IMG/VR virus record: IMGVR_UViG_3300010354_000069
Span: 8,244-72,243 of that record
Reading direction: 5' to 3' (one strand)
Source: a virus
DNA length: 64,000 nt
The position numbers and the translations under genes were made by a program. The notes beneath the pieces are model-generated. The model searched no databases. It saw only the letters and a program-made list of their open reading frames with translations, and was not told the origin of the DNA. This document shows, one piece after another, positions 17,926 through 28,492 of this stretch. Position 1 is the first letter of the stretch. Each line of letters starts with the position of its first letter.

Positions 17926-19443
17926 ATGTATACGGTCCGTTACGACGGGCACGTAGCCGAGATTGTTCCTAAGCTTCCGGATATTATTGCGGAAGCTCTC
18001 AGCAACAAGCTTTGCTATGAACCCAAAGGGGCGGAGTTTTCGCCCAATCACAAGTCTCGTCGTTGGCGTATGGTCAACGGCAAACGGGTCTTCAACAATC
18101 GCGCCACCTGGGACGGCAAAATTCGCTTGTTCAAGAAGGGTCAGCGCAACAATAGCTTTCCCAGCGGTCTGCTGGTCGAAGCGTTGACTACACTTGGCCC
18201 TCTCAAGCTGAACATGAACGTCGTAATGCAGCAACTGACCGCACCCGCGGCACAGACTCTGGACGGTCGTCAAATCACGCTAAAGGGCAAAAGTTTTGCA
18301 ATTCAACTGCGCGACTACCAAAAGGAAGTAGTAGACGCTTTGATCAACGCCCCGTTCGGCCGCGCTATGGCTGAGTCACCTACGGGATCTGGCAAAAGTG
18401 TAATCATTGGGGAGCTCTGCACAAAGTTTCCGGCCATGCACACTCTGATCACTGTGCCTAGCAAAAGCCTGATGTACCAGACCTCAAGCGATCTGGAAGC
18501 CATGCTGGGTGAACCTGTTGGTCGTTATGGCGACGGCATTTTTGAGCTTCACCGTGTGACCGTAGCCATCATCGACAGTTTGCGCGAAGGGGCAGATACC
18601 CCCAAAGCCAAGAGCTGGCTTGAAAGCATCGGTTTGTGGATCATTGATGAAAGCCATATGTCCGCTGCTGACAGCTATTTGCACGTGTCAGGCTTTCTAC
18701 CCAACACTGAGCGTCGCTTCGGAGTTTCGGCAACAATCTACCGCGAAGACGGTGCCGAGATGGTGTTTCACGGATTGGTAGGCCCGCTTGCTATCAAGAT
18801 AGATCCAATGCGCTTGATTGATGCTGGTTATTTGGCACGACCAAATATTGAGATGCACATCATCGATCACGACACACAGTCGAGTAGCAGGACCAAGCCA
18901 AAGTACGACACCGTATACAAGAATCAGGTAGTCAACAACAGTGACCGTAACGACCTGATCTTTGCCCAAGCCCAGCGTTGTCTGGAAGAGAATCTGACTC
19001 CGTGTCTGATTCTTATCAAAGACTTGGAACACGGACAGACACTACAAGACATGATTTCCCACTTGGGTCCTACAGCTTATCTGCAGGGACAGGATTCGCA
19101 AACCACGCGGGAAACGGTTGTTCACCAGTTTCAGTCCGGGACCATTCCGTTCTTGGTTGCCAGCACCATCTTTGACGTTGGTGTGGACCTTCCGGAAGTT
19201 CGCTCCGTCATTCTTGCCGGTGCGGGCAAATCAGCTGCGCGTGCAATTCAGCGGGTAGGGCGTGGTCTTCGCAAGACCAGTCAGAAGAGTGAAGTACTCG
19301 TCGTTGACTTCGAAGATCGAGAAGCACATTTTCTGCTGATGCACAGCAATGAGCGTATGTGGTGGTATCGTGAGTATTACCCCGGCTGTGTCACTCGCGT
19401 ACGCAATGGCGTACCGCTAAGGGATCTTGGCCTAGGTTTCTGA
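17926..19443 (+). CDS. Superfamily II helicase (UvsW/RadD-like)
   Basis: LRDYQ, SPTGSGKS, IIDESH, SAT, GVDLP, QRVGRGLR. Confidence 0.9.
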   Translation: MYTVRYDGHVAEIVPKLPDIIAEALSNKLCYEPKGAEFSPNHKSRRWRMVNGKRVFNNRATWDGKIRLFKKGQRNNSFPSGLLVEALTTLGPLKLNMNVVMQQLTAPAAQTLDGRQITLKGKSFAIQLRDYQKEVVDALINAPFGRAMAESPTGSGKSVIIGELCTKFPAMHTLITVPSKSLMYQTSSDLEAMLGEPVGRYGDGIFELHRVTVAIIDSLREGADTPKAKSWLESIGLWIIDESHMSAADSYLHVSGFLPNTERRFGVSATIYREDGAEMVFHGLVGPLAIKIDPMRLIDAGYLARPNIEMHIIDHDTQSSSRTKPKYDTVYKNQVVNNSDRNDLIFAQAQRCLEENLTPCLILIKDLEHGQTLQDMISHLGPTAYLQGQDSQTTRETVVHQFQSGTIPFLVASTIFDVGVDLPEVRSVILAGAGKSAARAIQRVGRGLRKTSQKSEVLVVDFEDREAHFLLMHSNERMWWYREYYPGCVTRVRNGVPLRDLGLGF

Positions 19444-19452
19444 GGTAGAGAC

Positions 19453-20700
19453 ATGGAAAGCGTATGGAAAGACCTGCGCGATGAAATTGAGTCCAGCATC
19501 AGCATCGGTATGCTGGCCAAAACGAACCGTACGCGAATTCCTTGCCCTTTCCACAATAGCGTTGCACCAGACATGCAAATCCTGCACCACGAGAACAAGT
19601 GGCGGTGTTGGGGCAAGTGCTCGTCTACGCATCCTGGAAAGCGCAGTATCTTTGATTGGGTGATGCTGGAACAAGGAGTAGACTTTGGTGCTGCTTTCAA
19701 AATTCTTGCTGAAGAAGCTGGAATCTCAGTAGCACCGAACAAAGAGCGCACCAAGATTCTGTCAGAGGTGCAGGACTTTTACTACGAGGAGCTACAAACC
19801 AACGACAAGGCAAAGGCATACCTTACACGAAGGGGCTTTGGTGACCAGCTGATCTTTCAGCGACGTCTGGGGTTTGCCAGCTCTGACTCCATGCCCCCAG
19901 TAAGTATTCGTGATCTGGACCGAGTGGGTTTAATGGTCCCGGGAATGTATGGCCCATACCTGCATTTTCAGGACCGTCTGGTCTACCCGGTCTACGACAT
20001 GAAGTACAACCTGGTTCAGATGCAAGGTAGGCTTATTGCACCGGCGCGCAACGAGAGTACACCCAAGTACAAGGCTCTGCCTGAAGACAAGGTGGAGTTG
20101 CGCGGTCGCAGCATTTACCAGTGTCTTGCCGGGGAAGAGCTACTCAAGCGCACGGACATCAAAGACATCATTCTTTGTGAAGGGTGGCCTGACAGGGAAA
20201 CCTTATTTGCTTGGGGTTTCAACAGCGTATCCCTATTTGGCAACAAAGGTATTAGCAGGCACGCGCACAAATTCAAGAATGTGGAGCGTATTCACGTAAT
20301 TCTTGATCCTGATGAGGCCAGCCAAAGCCATGTCTTGAACGAGCTTTACACATTGCAGTGTCGCCTCCCTGAAGTTGATATTCGCAATGTGAAGTTGGAT
20401 ACCGATGGCATGGACCTGAATGACTGGGCCGTTTCCGGCAGAGTAGGCCAACCATTGGGACGCTTTGGCAATACGGACAAGATCGAACAGCTGCAGATAA
20501 TGCTGAACAACAGCAAACCGTTGCTGGAAGATCTTGTCGATACTTGGGCAAGTAACAGGAGTTACTGGCAGATGCTGCTGTCCGCCATCAGCTGTAGCCC
20601 TGACAGCGAACGATATGTTGCGCAGTTTGCCACAGCGGTAAATGAAAGCACGCATACTGTAAAGTTTGCCATGAACATGGTCGCGGGAGACAATCAATGA
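19453..20700 (+). CDS. dnaG: DnaG-like primase
   Basis: CPFH..WRCWGKC zinc finger, YL..RG, FQDRLVYP, PKY, TOPRIM CEG..D and DLND. Confidence 0.9.
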   Translation: MESVWKDLRDEIESSISIGMLAKTNRTRIPCPFHNSVAPDMQILHHENKWRCWGKCSSTHPGKRSIFDWVMLEQGVDFGAAFKILAEEAGISVAPNKERTKILSEVQDFYYEELQTNDKAKAYLTRRGFGDQLIFQRRLGFASSDSMPPVSIRDLDRVGLMVPGMYGPYLHFQDRLVYPVYDMKYNLVQMQGRLIAPARNESTPKYKALPEDKVELRGRSIYQCLAGEELLKRTDIKDIILCEGWPDRETLFAWGFNSVSLFGNKGISRHAHKFKNVERIHVILDPDEASQSHVLNELYTLQCRLPEVDIRNVKLDTDGMDLNDWAVSGRVGQPLGRFGNTDKIEQLQIMLNNSKPLLEDLVDTWASNRSYWQMLLSAISCSPDSERYVAQFATAVNESTHTVKFAMNMVAGDNQ

Positions 20701-20966
20701 TCATTCGCCCTGGACAAGGTCCTGCACCAGACCCCTTTCGGGCGACGGTGGACCCTCTCAACGGTACTACTCGAATTGAACATGACTCTGGAGTGGAAGT
20801 CATGATCACGTCAAAAGGTACTGTCCACCTGCGGGATGGTCAGGGTGTGGTAATACAGACCAAACCCGGAGCAATCTTGGAGATTGCAGCCAAGGAATTG
20901 CATTTCTATACTGAAGAACAGCCAAAGTTCTTCAAGGTAGAAACAGTGAAACAGAATGAGCAGTAA
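20697..20966 (+). CDS. Hypothetical protein
   Basis: ATGA-coupled ORF, beta-rich. Confidence 0.65.
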   Translation: MIIRPGQGPAPDPFRATVDPLNGTTRIEHDSGVEVMITSKGTVHLRDGQGVVIQTKPGAILEIAAKELHFYTEEQPKFFKVETVKQNEQ

Positions 20967-21612
20967 CTACAAGACCAATGCCAAGCTCTTGGGAGCGGGT
21001 GCACTGGTTAGTGCAGTAGTAGTAGCGGTCACGCTGTTGTATGCAAAAAGTTGCGGGCACGAACAAGCTTTTGTGCCTGTGGCAACACCGCAACCACGGG
21101 TAACCACTACTTCAACTGCTACTGCTAGTACGGCAGTTGCACAGACCGTCACCGTACGAATAAAAAGACCAAAGAAGGTTATCGCTAAAAGCAGTGCTGA
21201 TACCAAACCGGAGCCCGCGGAGGGGCTATCAGAAGAAGAGATAGTGGTAGAGGTGACGCAGCACGCCACTGCTTCGGCAATGGCTGCTGCCACCTCTTCT
21301 GTTACGCAAGAGCCCGAGGAGACCTCAGTAGCTTCAGGAAGACAAGACAGTGACCTGACCGATGCCAGTCGATGGGGCTTTGGAGCAGGTTTGGTACAGG
21401 GCACCGTGTTTGTTGACTATCAGCTGATCAGACAGCGCATATTGAACCAAGAACTTTCTCTGGATGTTCAAGCAAACCACGTACAGGCCGGCGCTGGTCT
21501 GGCAATTACAGTGACCGGCCCAGTGTTCGTGGAAACTGGTTTGAGTTTCCCATACACAAGTACGGCGCAACCTGTTCCCTATTTGGGAGCAGGTCTTCGG
21601 CTGAGGTTTTGA
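20956..21612 (+). CDS. Membrane protein: N-terminal TM, Ser/Thr/Ala linker, C-terminal amphipathic beta strands ending in Phe
   Basis: LLGAGALVSAVVVAVTLLY; C-terminus YLGAGLRLRF. Confidence 0.65.
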   Translation: MSSNYKTNAKLLGAGALVSAVVVAVTLLYAKSCGHEQAFVPVATPQPRVTTTSTATASTAVAQTVTVRIKRPKKVIAKSSADTKPEPAEGLSEEEIVVEVTQHATASAMAAATSSVTQEPEETSVASGRQDSDLTDASRWGFGAGLVQGTVFVDYQLIRQRILNQELSLDVQANHVQAGAGLAITVTGPVFVETGLSFPYTSTAQPVPYLGAGLRLRF

Positions 21613-21803
21613 TTGTGACAGAAAACGAGTACTGGCAACCTGCCAGACGCGGTGAGGTAGCGTGTACTCACGGTGTAGGACACCCACTACCAAGGCAACG
21701 CGATCCAGTACACGGCTGTGACGGTTGTTGCAGCCGTGAAGATTTTCCGGGACGAAGAGATGAGCAACCCACCAAAAACAAAGAAACTGATAGGTCTGGA
21801 TGA
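21609..21803 (+). CDS. Small Cys/His-rich protein
   Basis: CTHGVGHP...HGCDGCC; start codon uncertain. Confidence 0.5.
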   Translation: MIVTENEYWQPARRGEVACTHGVGHPLPRQRDPVHGCDGCCSREDFPGRRDEQPTKNKETDRSG

Positions 21804-22518
21804 AGTAGGTTGGGGTGCCGTAGCGGGTCCGATGGTAATCTGTGCTACCTACGTTCCTACTGAGCATTGGGACCTTCTTCGGTCTTGGGGCTTTCGAGAC
21901 ACAAAAAGACTTGGCAGCAAGCTGAAGTTTACAAACCACAAGCGTCTGCGCGTGTCCGATCACATAGGCGAAGCCTTGGCACACCGCCTGGACGACACGG
22001 AAGAAAGCCTGGCAAGCTGGTGCATTGTGCCGGTTGACCCAATTACCATTGATTTGCTAACACCAGCCGTTGCCAAGAACCGCGCGTACAGACGAGCAGT
22101 AATGATGATGCTGGCTGCAAATGGTTGGGGCATGGATGAAGTTGAAGTCTTGGTTGACGGCAAGTTTCCTGCAAAGTTACTGCCTAAAGAAATAGAGCAG
22201 GACACTATCCCTACGGCCGATGCGCTAGTACTGCCCGCAGCGGTAGCCAGCGTGCTAGCCAAAGCTTATCGAGACCCGTACATGCGCAAGCTCGGCACAC
22301 TGTACCCCGCGTTTGGTTTTGACAAGAACAAAGGCTACCCCACCAAGGAACACATGGATATCTTGCTCAGGCATGGTCCAATCAAGGGAATTCACCGAAC
22401 CCACTACCTCAAGAAATGGCTGATGAACTACTATGCTCGTACAGCCCCTAGCAAGAAACCCCCACTACCCCGTTGGCTGCACGAGTCCGGATTTCTGTCC
22501 GAAGGCTATGGCGCCTGA
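21760..22518 (+). CDS. rnhB: Ribonuclease HII
   Basis: GLDEVGWGAVAGPMV, RDTK.L, VDG, ASVLAK..RD, KGYPT.EH, IHR. Confidence 0.92.
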   Translation: MSNPPKTKKLIGLDEVGWGAVAGPMVICATYVPTEHWDLLRSWGFRDTKRLGSKLKFTNHKRLRVSDHIGEALAHRLDDTEESLASWCIVPVDPITIDLLTPAVAKNRAYRRAVMMMLAANGWGMDEVEVLVDGKFPAKLLPKEIEQDTIPTADALVLPAAVASVLAKAYRDPYMRKLGTLYPAFGFDKNKGYPTKEHMDILLRHGPIKGIHRTHYLKKWLMNYYARTAPSKKPPLPRWLHESGFLSEGYGA

Positions 22519-22527
22519 TCATAAGGA

Positions 22528-24528
22528 TTGATACGCATGACGCTACAGGAAGGCTTTGGTATTGGGGCTTTCAAGAACAAGCCGACCCAAGTAACGCTGG
22601 CTGACGGATTTGCCGGCATTGCAACCAACATCCCCTCATTTCTCAACGATCAGCAGCGTGCTGTTGTAGAGTCTTCGATTGATGGAGTGAAACTGGTAAT
22701 TGCCGGTGCCGGCACTGGCAAAACTACCGGCTGTATTCTTGCGCGAGCCGATTACCTGTATGCCAAGCGTCCGGGCAAGATCGCGATTCTGGCTTTCAAC
22801 AAAAGCGTGCAGCTTGAGCTTGAAGACAAGGTACAGACTGCGCTATCACCTATTGCCGCTGCCAACACAAGTGTCTTTACCAACCACAGCATTGCTTACC
22901 GGCTAGTCATGAAGAATCTTGGTGTTCTGAAACTTCCAGCCAAGACCGAAGTCGTGGACAAAGACTGGAAGATGATTGCTTGGCTAAAAGAGCAGCGCAC
23001 GGCAGAAATGGGCAAGAGTCCGAGTGAGCGACTGCCTGGATTCGAGCCAGCATTTCTCAAGTTCACCGACCCGCAGATGCGCGCCTTGCTCATGTGCGAA
23101 GAGTTGAGCAGTGCTAGAGGGTTGCCGTCGGGTTTGGCCAAGAACGAGTTTCGTGTACTGCGAGACACCACTACCGAATACGTGGATGGTTTTCTTCGCT
23201 GGGCAAGACTCAATCGCTGTCTCTACGGCAAACTGATGTTTCGCGACCTACTGCCATTGGCGGCAAGGTTGCCCATCGAGGCTTACGAAAGCTTTGGGTT
23301 CAAGCACGTACTGGTAGATGAAGCACAGGACTTGAACACCGACCAACACGAAGTAGTTGGTAAATTTGCCGAAGTGGTGGAAAGCCTGCTGCTCGTAGGT
23401 GACCCTTCCCAGTGCATCTACAAGTTCAACGGCTCACGACCGGACATGTTCACTGGTATTGCAACCAGGTACAAGAACGTTGAGACGTTTCATCTCAGCA
23501 TCAACTACCGCTCAAATGAACCAATCCTCAACATGGCAAACAGTCTTCTGGAAAACCAGCTGCGTAGTCCGATCAGACTGCAGCCAAGTACCAGCAAGCC
23601 TGGAACTCCAGTAGTCAATCTCTCAGATCCCAAGAGCCTGGTACCTTGGATTCGTTCAGCATTGAACAGCGGCACCAAGCCGTCAGAAATTGCTGTACTG
23701 TACCGAGTGAACGCCCACTCACTAAAAGTAGAAATAGCTCTGACGCAGGCAGGTATTCCCTACCAGTCTCGCTCAGGTTCATTTTTTGAGCACCAAGCCG
23801 TGCAGGACATCTTTGCCTATCTACGCTTCCTTCACCCAGCGTCTCAGCGGGAGCAGGAGGATTGGGAAACGATTGTCAGTCACGCCAAGTACTTGGGGCA
23901 GAAGACAGCCGATGCCGCTTGGGCAGAGTCCAAAGGCAAGCCTCTGTCGTTGCGGCTGCCCCCAAGCTCTATCAAGACACGTGGGCAGAAAGAGGCGTGG
24001 CACCAGCTGGTCCACAATTGCGAAGTCATCTGTGACTCCATGCTGGGCAGTAGAAACAACCCCAGCGTCGATATCGACAACCTCGTCACCCGTTACGTGA
24101 AACCTGCGTGGGAAGACCGTTGGGCAGACGACCCAGAAAGACTGGGCGAAGCGGAAATGATTGCTGGCGCGCTCATTGAGTGGGCAGCCGGTTACAAAGA
24201 CATTCCTGAACTACTCAAGTTTGCCAAGGAAATGTCCGTGCAGGACCCTCACGGTGTAGTGCTCAGTACAGTGCACAAAGCCAAAGGTCTTGAGTGGCCA
24301 GTGGTCGCACTGTGGAACCTTGGTGATGGCACCTTTCCCTTGTCGCACAGTCGTGTCGACTACGAGGAAGAAATGTGCATTCTCTACGTGGCAGTAACTC
24401 GAGCCAAAACCAACCTAGTCTTGGTCAAGTCCGAGAACACCAGCCACAACAGCAGCCTGCTGCACAGATTGTCCGAAGAGCAAAGCAAGCAGTTCCAAGA
24501 ATTGCTTGACTTGTTTGATGGATTCTGA
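22528..24528 (+). CDS. UvrD/Rep-family helicase
   Basis: AGAGTGKT, VDEAQD, VGDPSQCIY, NYRS, TVHKAKGLEW, YVAVTRA. Confidence 0.93.
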   Translation: MIRMTLQEGFGIGAFKNKPTQVTLADGFAGIATNIPSFLNDQQRAVVESSIDGVKLVIAGAGTGKTTGCILARADYLYAKRPGKIAILAFNKSVQLELEDKVQTALSPIAAANTSVFTNHSIAYRLVMKNLGVLKLPAKTEVVDKDWKMIAWLKEQRTAEMGKSPSERLPGFEPAFLKFTDPQMRALLMCEELSSARGLPSGLAKNEFRVLRDTTTEYVDGFLRWARLNRCLYGKLMFRDLLPLAARLPIEAYESFGFKHVLVDEAQDLNTDQHEVVGKFAEVVESLLLVGDPSQCIYKFNGSRPDMFTGIATRYKNVETFHLSINYRSNEPILNMANSLLENQLRSPIRLQPSTSKPGTPVVNLSDPKSLVPWIRSALNSGTKPSEIAVLYRVNAHSLKVEIALTQAGIPYQSRSGSFFEHQAVQDIFAYLRFLHPASQREQEDWETIVSHAKYLGQKTADAAWAESKGKPLSLRLPPSSIKTRGQKEAWHQLVHNCEVICDSMLGSRNNPSVDIDNLVTRYVKPAWEDRWADDPERLGEAEMIAGALIEWAAGYKDIPELLKFAKEMSVQDPHGVVLSTVHKAKGLEWPVVALWNLGDGTFPLSHSRVDYEEEMCILYVAVTRAKTNLVLVKSENTSHNSSLLHRLSEEQSKQFQELLDLFDGF

Positions 24529-24550
24529 CGAGCAGGGGTAAACAATCAGA

Positions 24551-24573
24551 GGGCGGGTCGCAGAGACCCGCCC
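24551..24573 (+). other. GC-rich hairpin without a U-tract
   Basis: GGGCGGGTC-GCAGA-GACCCGCCC. Confidence 0.5.
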
Positions 24574-24586
24574 CAAGGAGTTTGTC

Positions 24587-24970
24587 ATGCAAATCAATCC
24601 GGATGCACGCGTGCATGCTATTATGCTCTCCTACATGAAAAGCTCCGACGGGCTAAACAGTGTAGAGGCTCTGAAGCAAATTGATGCTCAGACCGTGCCA
24701 GTGTTGATGGATACTCTGGGAATCCTACCAGTGACCAGACAGACAATGGACAGGTTCATAGAGTTCATGGAAGCACTTGACAGAGAGTTGGCAAACCAAG
24801 GACTTGCTGAATTCAAGGACCACCCTAGACTTAAAGCTGCGGTTGCATACTTCAAGGAAACCAACCCAGCGGAAGTCACTTGGCGGGGCGAGGCAAATCA
24901 AGAGTCACCCTTGGATTTGTACGCAACAGTGCGCAGAGATATTTGGAACTCCCTTTCAGGAAAGGAATAA
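24587..24970 (+). CDS. Hypothetical protein
   Basis: AAGGAG SD before ATG. Confidence 0.7.
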   Translation: MQINPDARVHAIMLSYMKSSDGLNSVEALKQIDAQTVPVLMDTLGILPVTRQTMDRFIEFMEALDRELANQGLAEFKDHPRLKAAVAYFKETNPAEVTWRGEANQESPLDLYATVRRDIWNSLSGKE

Positions 24971-24972
24971 TC

Positions 24973-27495
24973 ATGCAGACCTTACCGGGTCACATTGCTG
25001 AACTTGCAGCCACTTTGCCGGCTCTGTCCGCAAACGCTACCACAGTGCTTCAGAAGCGCTACCTTGACCGTGACGAGCGGGGCAACCCGCACGAGACCGT
25101 GGACGGCTTGTTCTGGCGCGTAGCCAGCACTCTTGCTGCCGTCGATGCTAAGTACGGCAACGAAGACGAGCAGCACGTCAGTGCTGAAGAGTTCTTCAGT
25201 ATGATGCGGGGCAGCGAGTTTCTCCCGAACAGCCCGACCTTGGCAAATGCGGGTACTCGAACCGGACAGCTCTCTGCTTGCTTCGTTCTGCCAGTTGCTG
25301 ACGCACTTAGCAACGGTGTAAACGGTATCTACGATACCCTGCGTGAAGCGCAGTTGATCTTTCAGACCGGCGGCGGCGTTGGCTACAGCTTCAGCCGCTT
25401 GCGCGGTAAGGGCAAGATTGTAGAAACCACACGCGGGTTCAGCTCCGGACCTGTTAGCTTCATGGACGTCTACAACACGTCTTGCGGCTCGATTGCGCAA
25501 GGCGGAATTCGTCGCGGTGCGCAGATGGGCATCCTTCGCGTCGATCATCCGGATATCATGGAGTTCATTCGGTACAAGGAAGACTTGACCAAGCTGACCA
25601 ACTTCAACGTGTCAGTTGCTGTAACCGAAGAGTTTCTCAAAGCGCTGAAGAACAGTGAGCAGTATCAACTGGTTGATCCCAACAGCGGACCTACCGGTGA
25701 GTTTCTTGAAGCCCGTGAAGTCTGGAATGAAATTATTCAGCGTGCTTGGTCTACTGGTGAGCCTGGCCTGTTCTTCATTGATCGGGCTAATGCTGAGCAC
25801 CCTACTCCAAAGCTCGGCGCCTATGAAGCTACAAACCCATGCGGTGAACAGCCTCTGGCACCCTACGAGTCTTGCAACTTGGGATCTCTCACTCTGGATA
25901 CCTTCGTAGAAAACGGCAAGCTTGACTGGAAGCGGCTCGAAAGAGCCACCCACCGGGCTATTCACCTGATGGACAACGTGGTTGATGCCAACGCCTACGT
26001 TCCCGCTCGTGGTGAAAACCCCGGTGTTCCCAAGATTCGGGAAATCACGCTTCAGACGCGTAAGCTCGGTCTTGGTGTCATGGGTTTGGCTCGTATGCTG
26101 TTCAAGCTGGGCCTTGGCTACGACACGGAAGAAGGCCGTGACGTAGCTGCGCGTGTCTACGCGTTTATCGATGCTCACAGCAAGATTGCTTCCTGCAACC
26201 TGGCTGCCAAGCGCGGTGCTTTCCCGTACTTCCAGGCAAACAAAGCAGAGGCAGAAACGTTCTTCAAGCGTTACTGGACCAAGCGAGCAGAAACCGCGAG
26301 ATACGAGGGCTGGGAAGACATTGCCAGTCTTTACGAGAAGGCTGTGCAGCTGATGCAAACGCACGGTGTTCGCAACAGCACGACAACCACCGTAGCGCCT
26401 ACCGGCACGCTATCTATTCTGCACGATACCTCTGGCGGCTGTGAGCCGGAGTTTGCGCTCGTAATCAGTCGTTGGCAAGCCGATACCGAAATGTTCGAGG
26501 CAAACCCCGTGTTTGCTGCAGAGCTGAAAAGCGCGGGCCTCACCTCAGAAGAAGTGGAAGCTGTCTACAAGGCACTCGGTGGAAGTCGTGGATCCCTTCA
26601 GGAGGCTCTTGCCAAGGGCAAGCTAGACAGTCTCATGGAACCCGCACTAAGCGTTCTCAAGCGGCTCAGTAATACGTACGCCGTTGCCGGTGACATTGCT
26701 CCACGGGATCACGTGCTTATGCAGGCAGCCCTGCAGAAGCACTGTGACAGCGCAATCAGCAAGACCATCAACTTCCCCAACGAAGCTACCGTTGAGGAAG
26801 TCGAGGCCGCTTACTGGCTGGCAATCGAAGCCGGCTGCAAGGGCATCACGGTGTATCGTGACGGCTCGCGTATGTTCCAGCCACTGACTGCAGGGGACAA
26901 GAAAACCGAGAAGAAAGATAAGCAGGCTACAAAAGAGGTAGAAACTCTAGTTAGCCAGCCCAGACCTCGTCCGGACACCCTTATCGGTTTGACAAAGATG
27001 CAGCACACCGGCGACGGCAAACTGTACGTCACCATGAACTATGACGAGGAAGGCTTGCGTGAAGTATTTCCTGTGGTAGGACGTTCCGGTGGCACGATCT
27101 TCTCGCTGACCGAGGCCATTGGCAGGTTGATTAGCTTGGCTCTGCAGTACCACGTACCCGTTAGGGAAATCGTACACAAGCTGATCGGCATCCGCTCGGC
27201 TAATGTCTTTGGTATTGGACCCAAGCAGGTACTTAGCATTCCTGATGCGATTGGCAAGGTCATGAACCAGAGTCAGAACGGGAGTCTCAAATCCGAGATT
27301 ACCAGTATCGAGCAGTACATTCCGGAAGCAGTGACAGCGCTGACGGAGACTTCGCAAGAAGTATCCTCTAGGTTGCAGGCTTTGGAGCACGGCGAAAGTC
27401 CTGAGTGCCCTAACTGCGGGGCACCCATGAAGTTCGGCGAAGGTTGCCGCGGCGGTAGCTGTACTAATCTTGAGTGCGGCTACGCAAAGTGCTGA
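24973..27495 (+). CDS. nrdJ: Class II (B12-dependent) ribonucleotide reductase with C-terminal TSCPD/zinc-ribbon region
   Basis: PNSPTL, LSACFV, RRGAQM, TNPCGEQ, APTGT, SKTINFP, YRDGSR, SIPDAI, CPNC...CGYAKC; no beta-subunit gene adjacent. Confidence 0.92.
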   Translation: MQTLPGHIAELAATLPALSANATTVLQKRYLDRDERGNPHETVDGLFWRVASTLAAVDAKYGNEDEQHVSAEEFFSMMRGSEFLPNSPTLANAGTRTGQLSACFVLPVADALSNGVNGIYDTLREAQLIFQTGGGVGYSFSRLRGKGKIVETTRGFSSGPVSFMDVYNTSCGSIAQGGIRRGAQMGILRVDHPDIMEFIRYKEDLTKLTNFNVSVAVTEEFLKALKNSEQYQLVDPNSGPTGEFLEAREVWNEIIQRAWSTGEPGLFFIDRANAEHPTPKLGAYEATNPCGEQPLAPYESCNLGSLTLDTFVENGKLDWKRLERATHRAIHLMDNVVDANAYVPARGENPGVPKIREITLQTRKLGLGVMGLARMLFKLGLGYDTEEGRDVAARVYAFIDAHSKIASCNLAAKRGAFPYFQANKAEAETFFKRYWTKRAETARYEGWEDIASLYEKAVQLMQTHGVRNSTTTTVAPTGTLSILHDTSGGCEPEFALVISRWQADTEMFEANPVFAAELKSAGLTSEEVEAVYKALGGSRGSLQEALAKGKLDSLMEPALSVLKRLSNTYAVAGDIAPRDHVLMQAALQKHCDSAISKTINFPNEATVEEVEAAYWLAIEAGCKGITVYRDGSRMFQPLTAGDKKTEKKDKQATKEVETLVSQPRPRPDTLIGLTKMQHTGDGKLYVTMNYDEEGLREVFPVVGRSGGTIFSLTEAIGRLISLALQYHVPVREIVHKLIGIRSANVFGIGPKQVLSIPDAIGKVMNQSQNGSLKSEITSIEQYIPEAVTALTETSQEVSSRLQALEHGESPECPNCGAPMKFGEGCRGGSCTNLECGYAKC

Positions 27496-27504
27496 GGTAG
27501 AAAC

Positions 27505-27540
27505 GGGGGAGTCCGGCAAATGCCGGACTCCCCTTTTTTA
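27505..27540 (+). terminator. Intrinsic terminator
   Basis: GGGGAGTCCGGC-AAAT-GCCGGACTCCCC followed by a T run. Confidence 0.9.
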
Positions 27541-27610
27541 TTGCGTCACGCCGTAGTACGTACAGCCAACTTGGGGTACACTCAAAGCACCGAAAGGATG
27601 AGTGTAGCCC

Positions 27611-28063
27611 GTGGAACCCGTTTACATCTTTACCGTCGAACAATTCAAGGAAGAGCTTGAGGAAAAACTCAAGAACGTAACACACGTAGCGGTCATGCCC
27701 GCGCGTAGTGAAATCTATGGTGTGGGTGAAGGGCTGTCTTTTGACGGTTTTACCATGCCTATCGTCGGTCTTACACTTAACACTGTTGCAGGGCTGAATG
27801 GCATGATTTCCCACATGCTCAGGCAAAGTGACAATCAGTTTGAACCGTACTGCGCAGATGAAAAGTTCATTGAAGCAGCACAGAAGCGTCTTGACGCAGA
27901 GCGGGCAGCGCTAGAAAATCGTCAAGCAGCTGAGCAAGCTAGAAATGCTGAGCTTGCTTCAATTGCCAGCAAGCTAGCTTCCCCATACATTGATGCGGGA
28001 CACCAGCTTGAGAGCGCGCTCCCCCTGATTCTGGAGGCCATCGAACAACATGAAAATCGCTGA
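27611..28063 (+). CDS. Hypothetical protein
   Basis: ORF with operon-like codon usage. Confidence 0.65.
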   Translation: MEPVYIFTVEQFKEELEEKLKNVTHVAVMPARSEIYGVGEGLSFDGFTMPIVGLTLNTVAGLNGMISHMLRQSDNQFEPYCADEKFIEAAQKRLDAERAALENRQAAEQARNAELASIASKLASPYIDAGHQLESALPLILEAIEQHENR

Positions 28064-28448
28064 TTCCGAAATGAAAATTGACGGACCGGATGAGATTATG
28101 GTCATGAGCATGGAACGCTTTTTGCAGACCGTGAAGCTTCAGTTCGGAAACATGCCGTTTGTTGCACTGAACGTAACTCGTAGCTGTACTAGCGACGACG
28201 AAGTTCGCGATCATGGCCCGCGTGGTCTTGTAGCAATGGTTGCTGTGGGGTTTGAACCTGAGTACACCGACATGTTTCCCGCTGTCATGACAGCCGTCAC
28301 AAATGAAGGCAACATGCGTGTAGTCACTGACGAAGAAGCTGTAGCTGCCTTGCTGAGGGATAACCTCACAGTGGAAGAAGAAGAAGAAGAACCCACAAGC
28401 AAAACCGTTACGGTAGCCAAAAACGAAGAGAGTGCACTGGAGTTCTAA
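28050..28448 (+). CDS. Acidic hypothetical protein
   Basis: Coupled ORF. Confidence 0.65.
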   Translation: MKIADSEMKIDGPDEIMVMSMERFLQTVKLQFGNMPFVALNVTRSCTSDDEVRDHGPRGLVAMVAVGFEPEYTDMFPAVMTAVTNEGNMRVVTDEEAVAALLRDNLTVEEEEEEPTSKTVTVAKNEESALEF

Positions 28449-28456
28449 GACAAAAT

Positions 28457-28492
28457 AAAGAGCGGGTACCCTCGGGTGCCCGCTTTTGCTTT
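28457..28492 (+). terminator. Intrinsic terminator
   Basis: AGAGCGGGTACC-CTCG-GGTGCCCGCTTTTGCTTT. Confidence 0.7.

Noticed and set aside
24880-24972. Upstream extension of nrdJ
   Set aside because: Overlaps the previous gene; ATG 24973 has an AAGGA SD
4375-27495. Inteins or introns in polA, helicases or nrdJ
   Set aside because: Motif spacing and lengths are normal; no splice-junction or homing-endonuclease motifs seen
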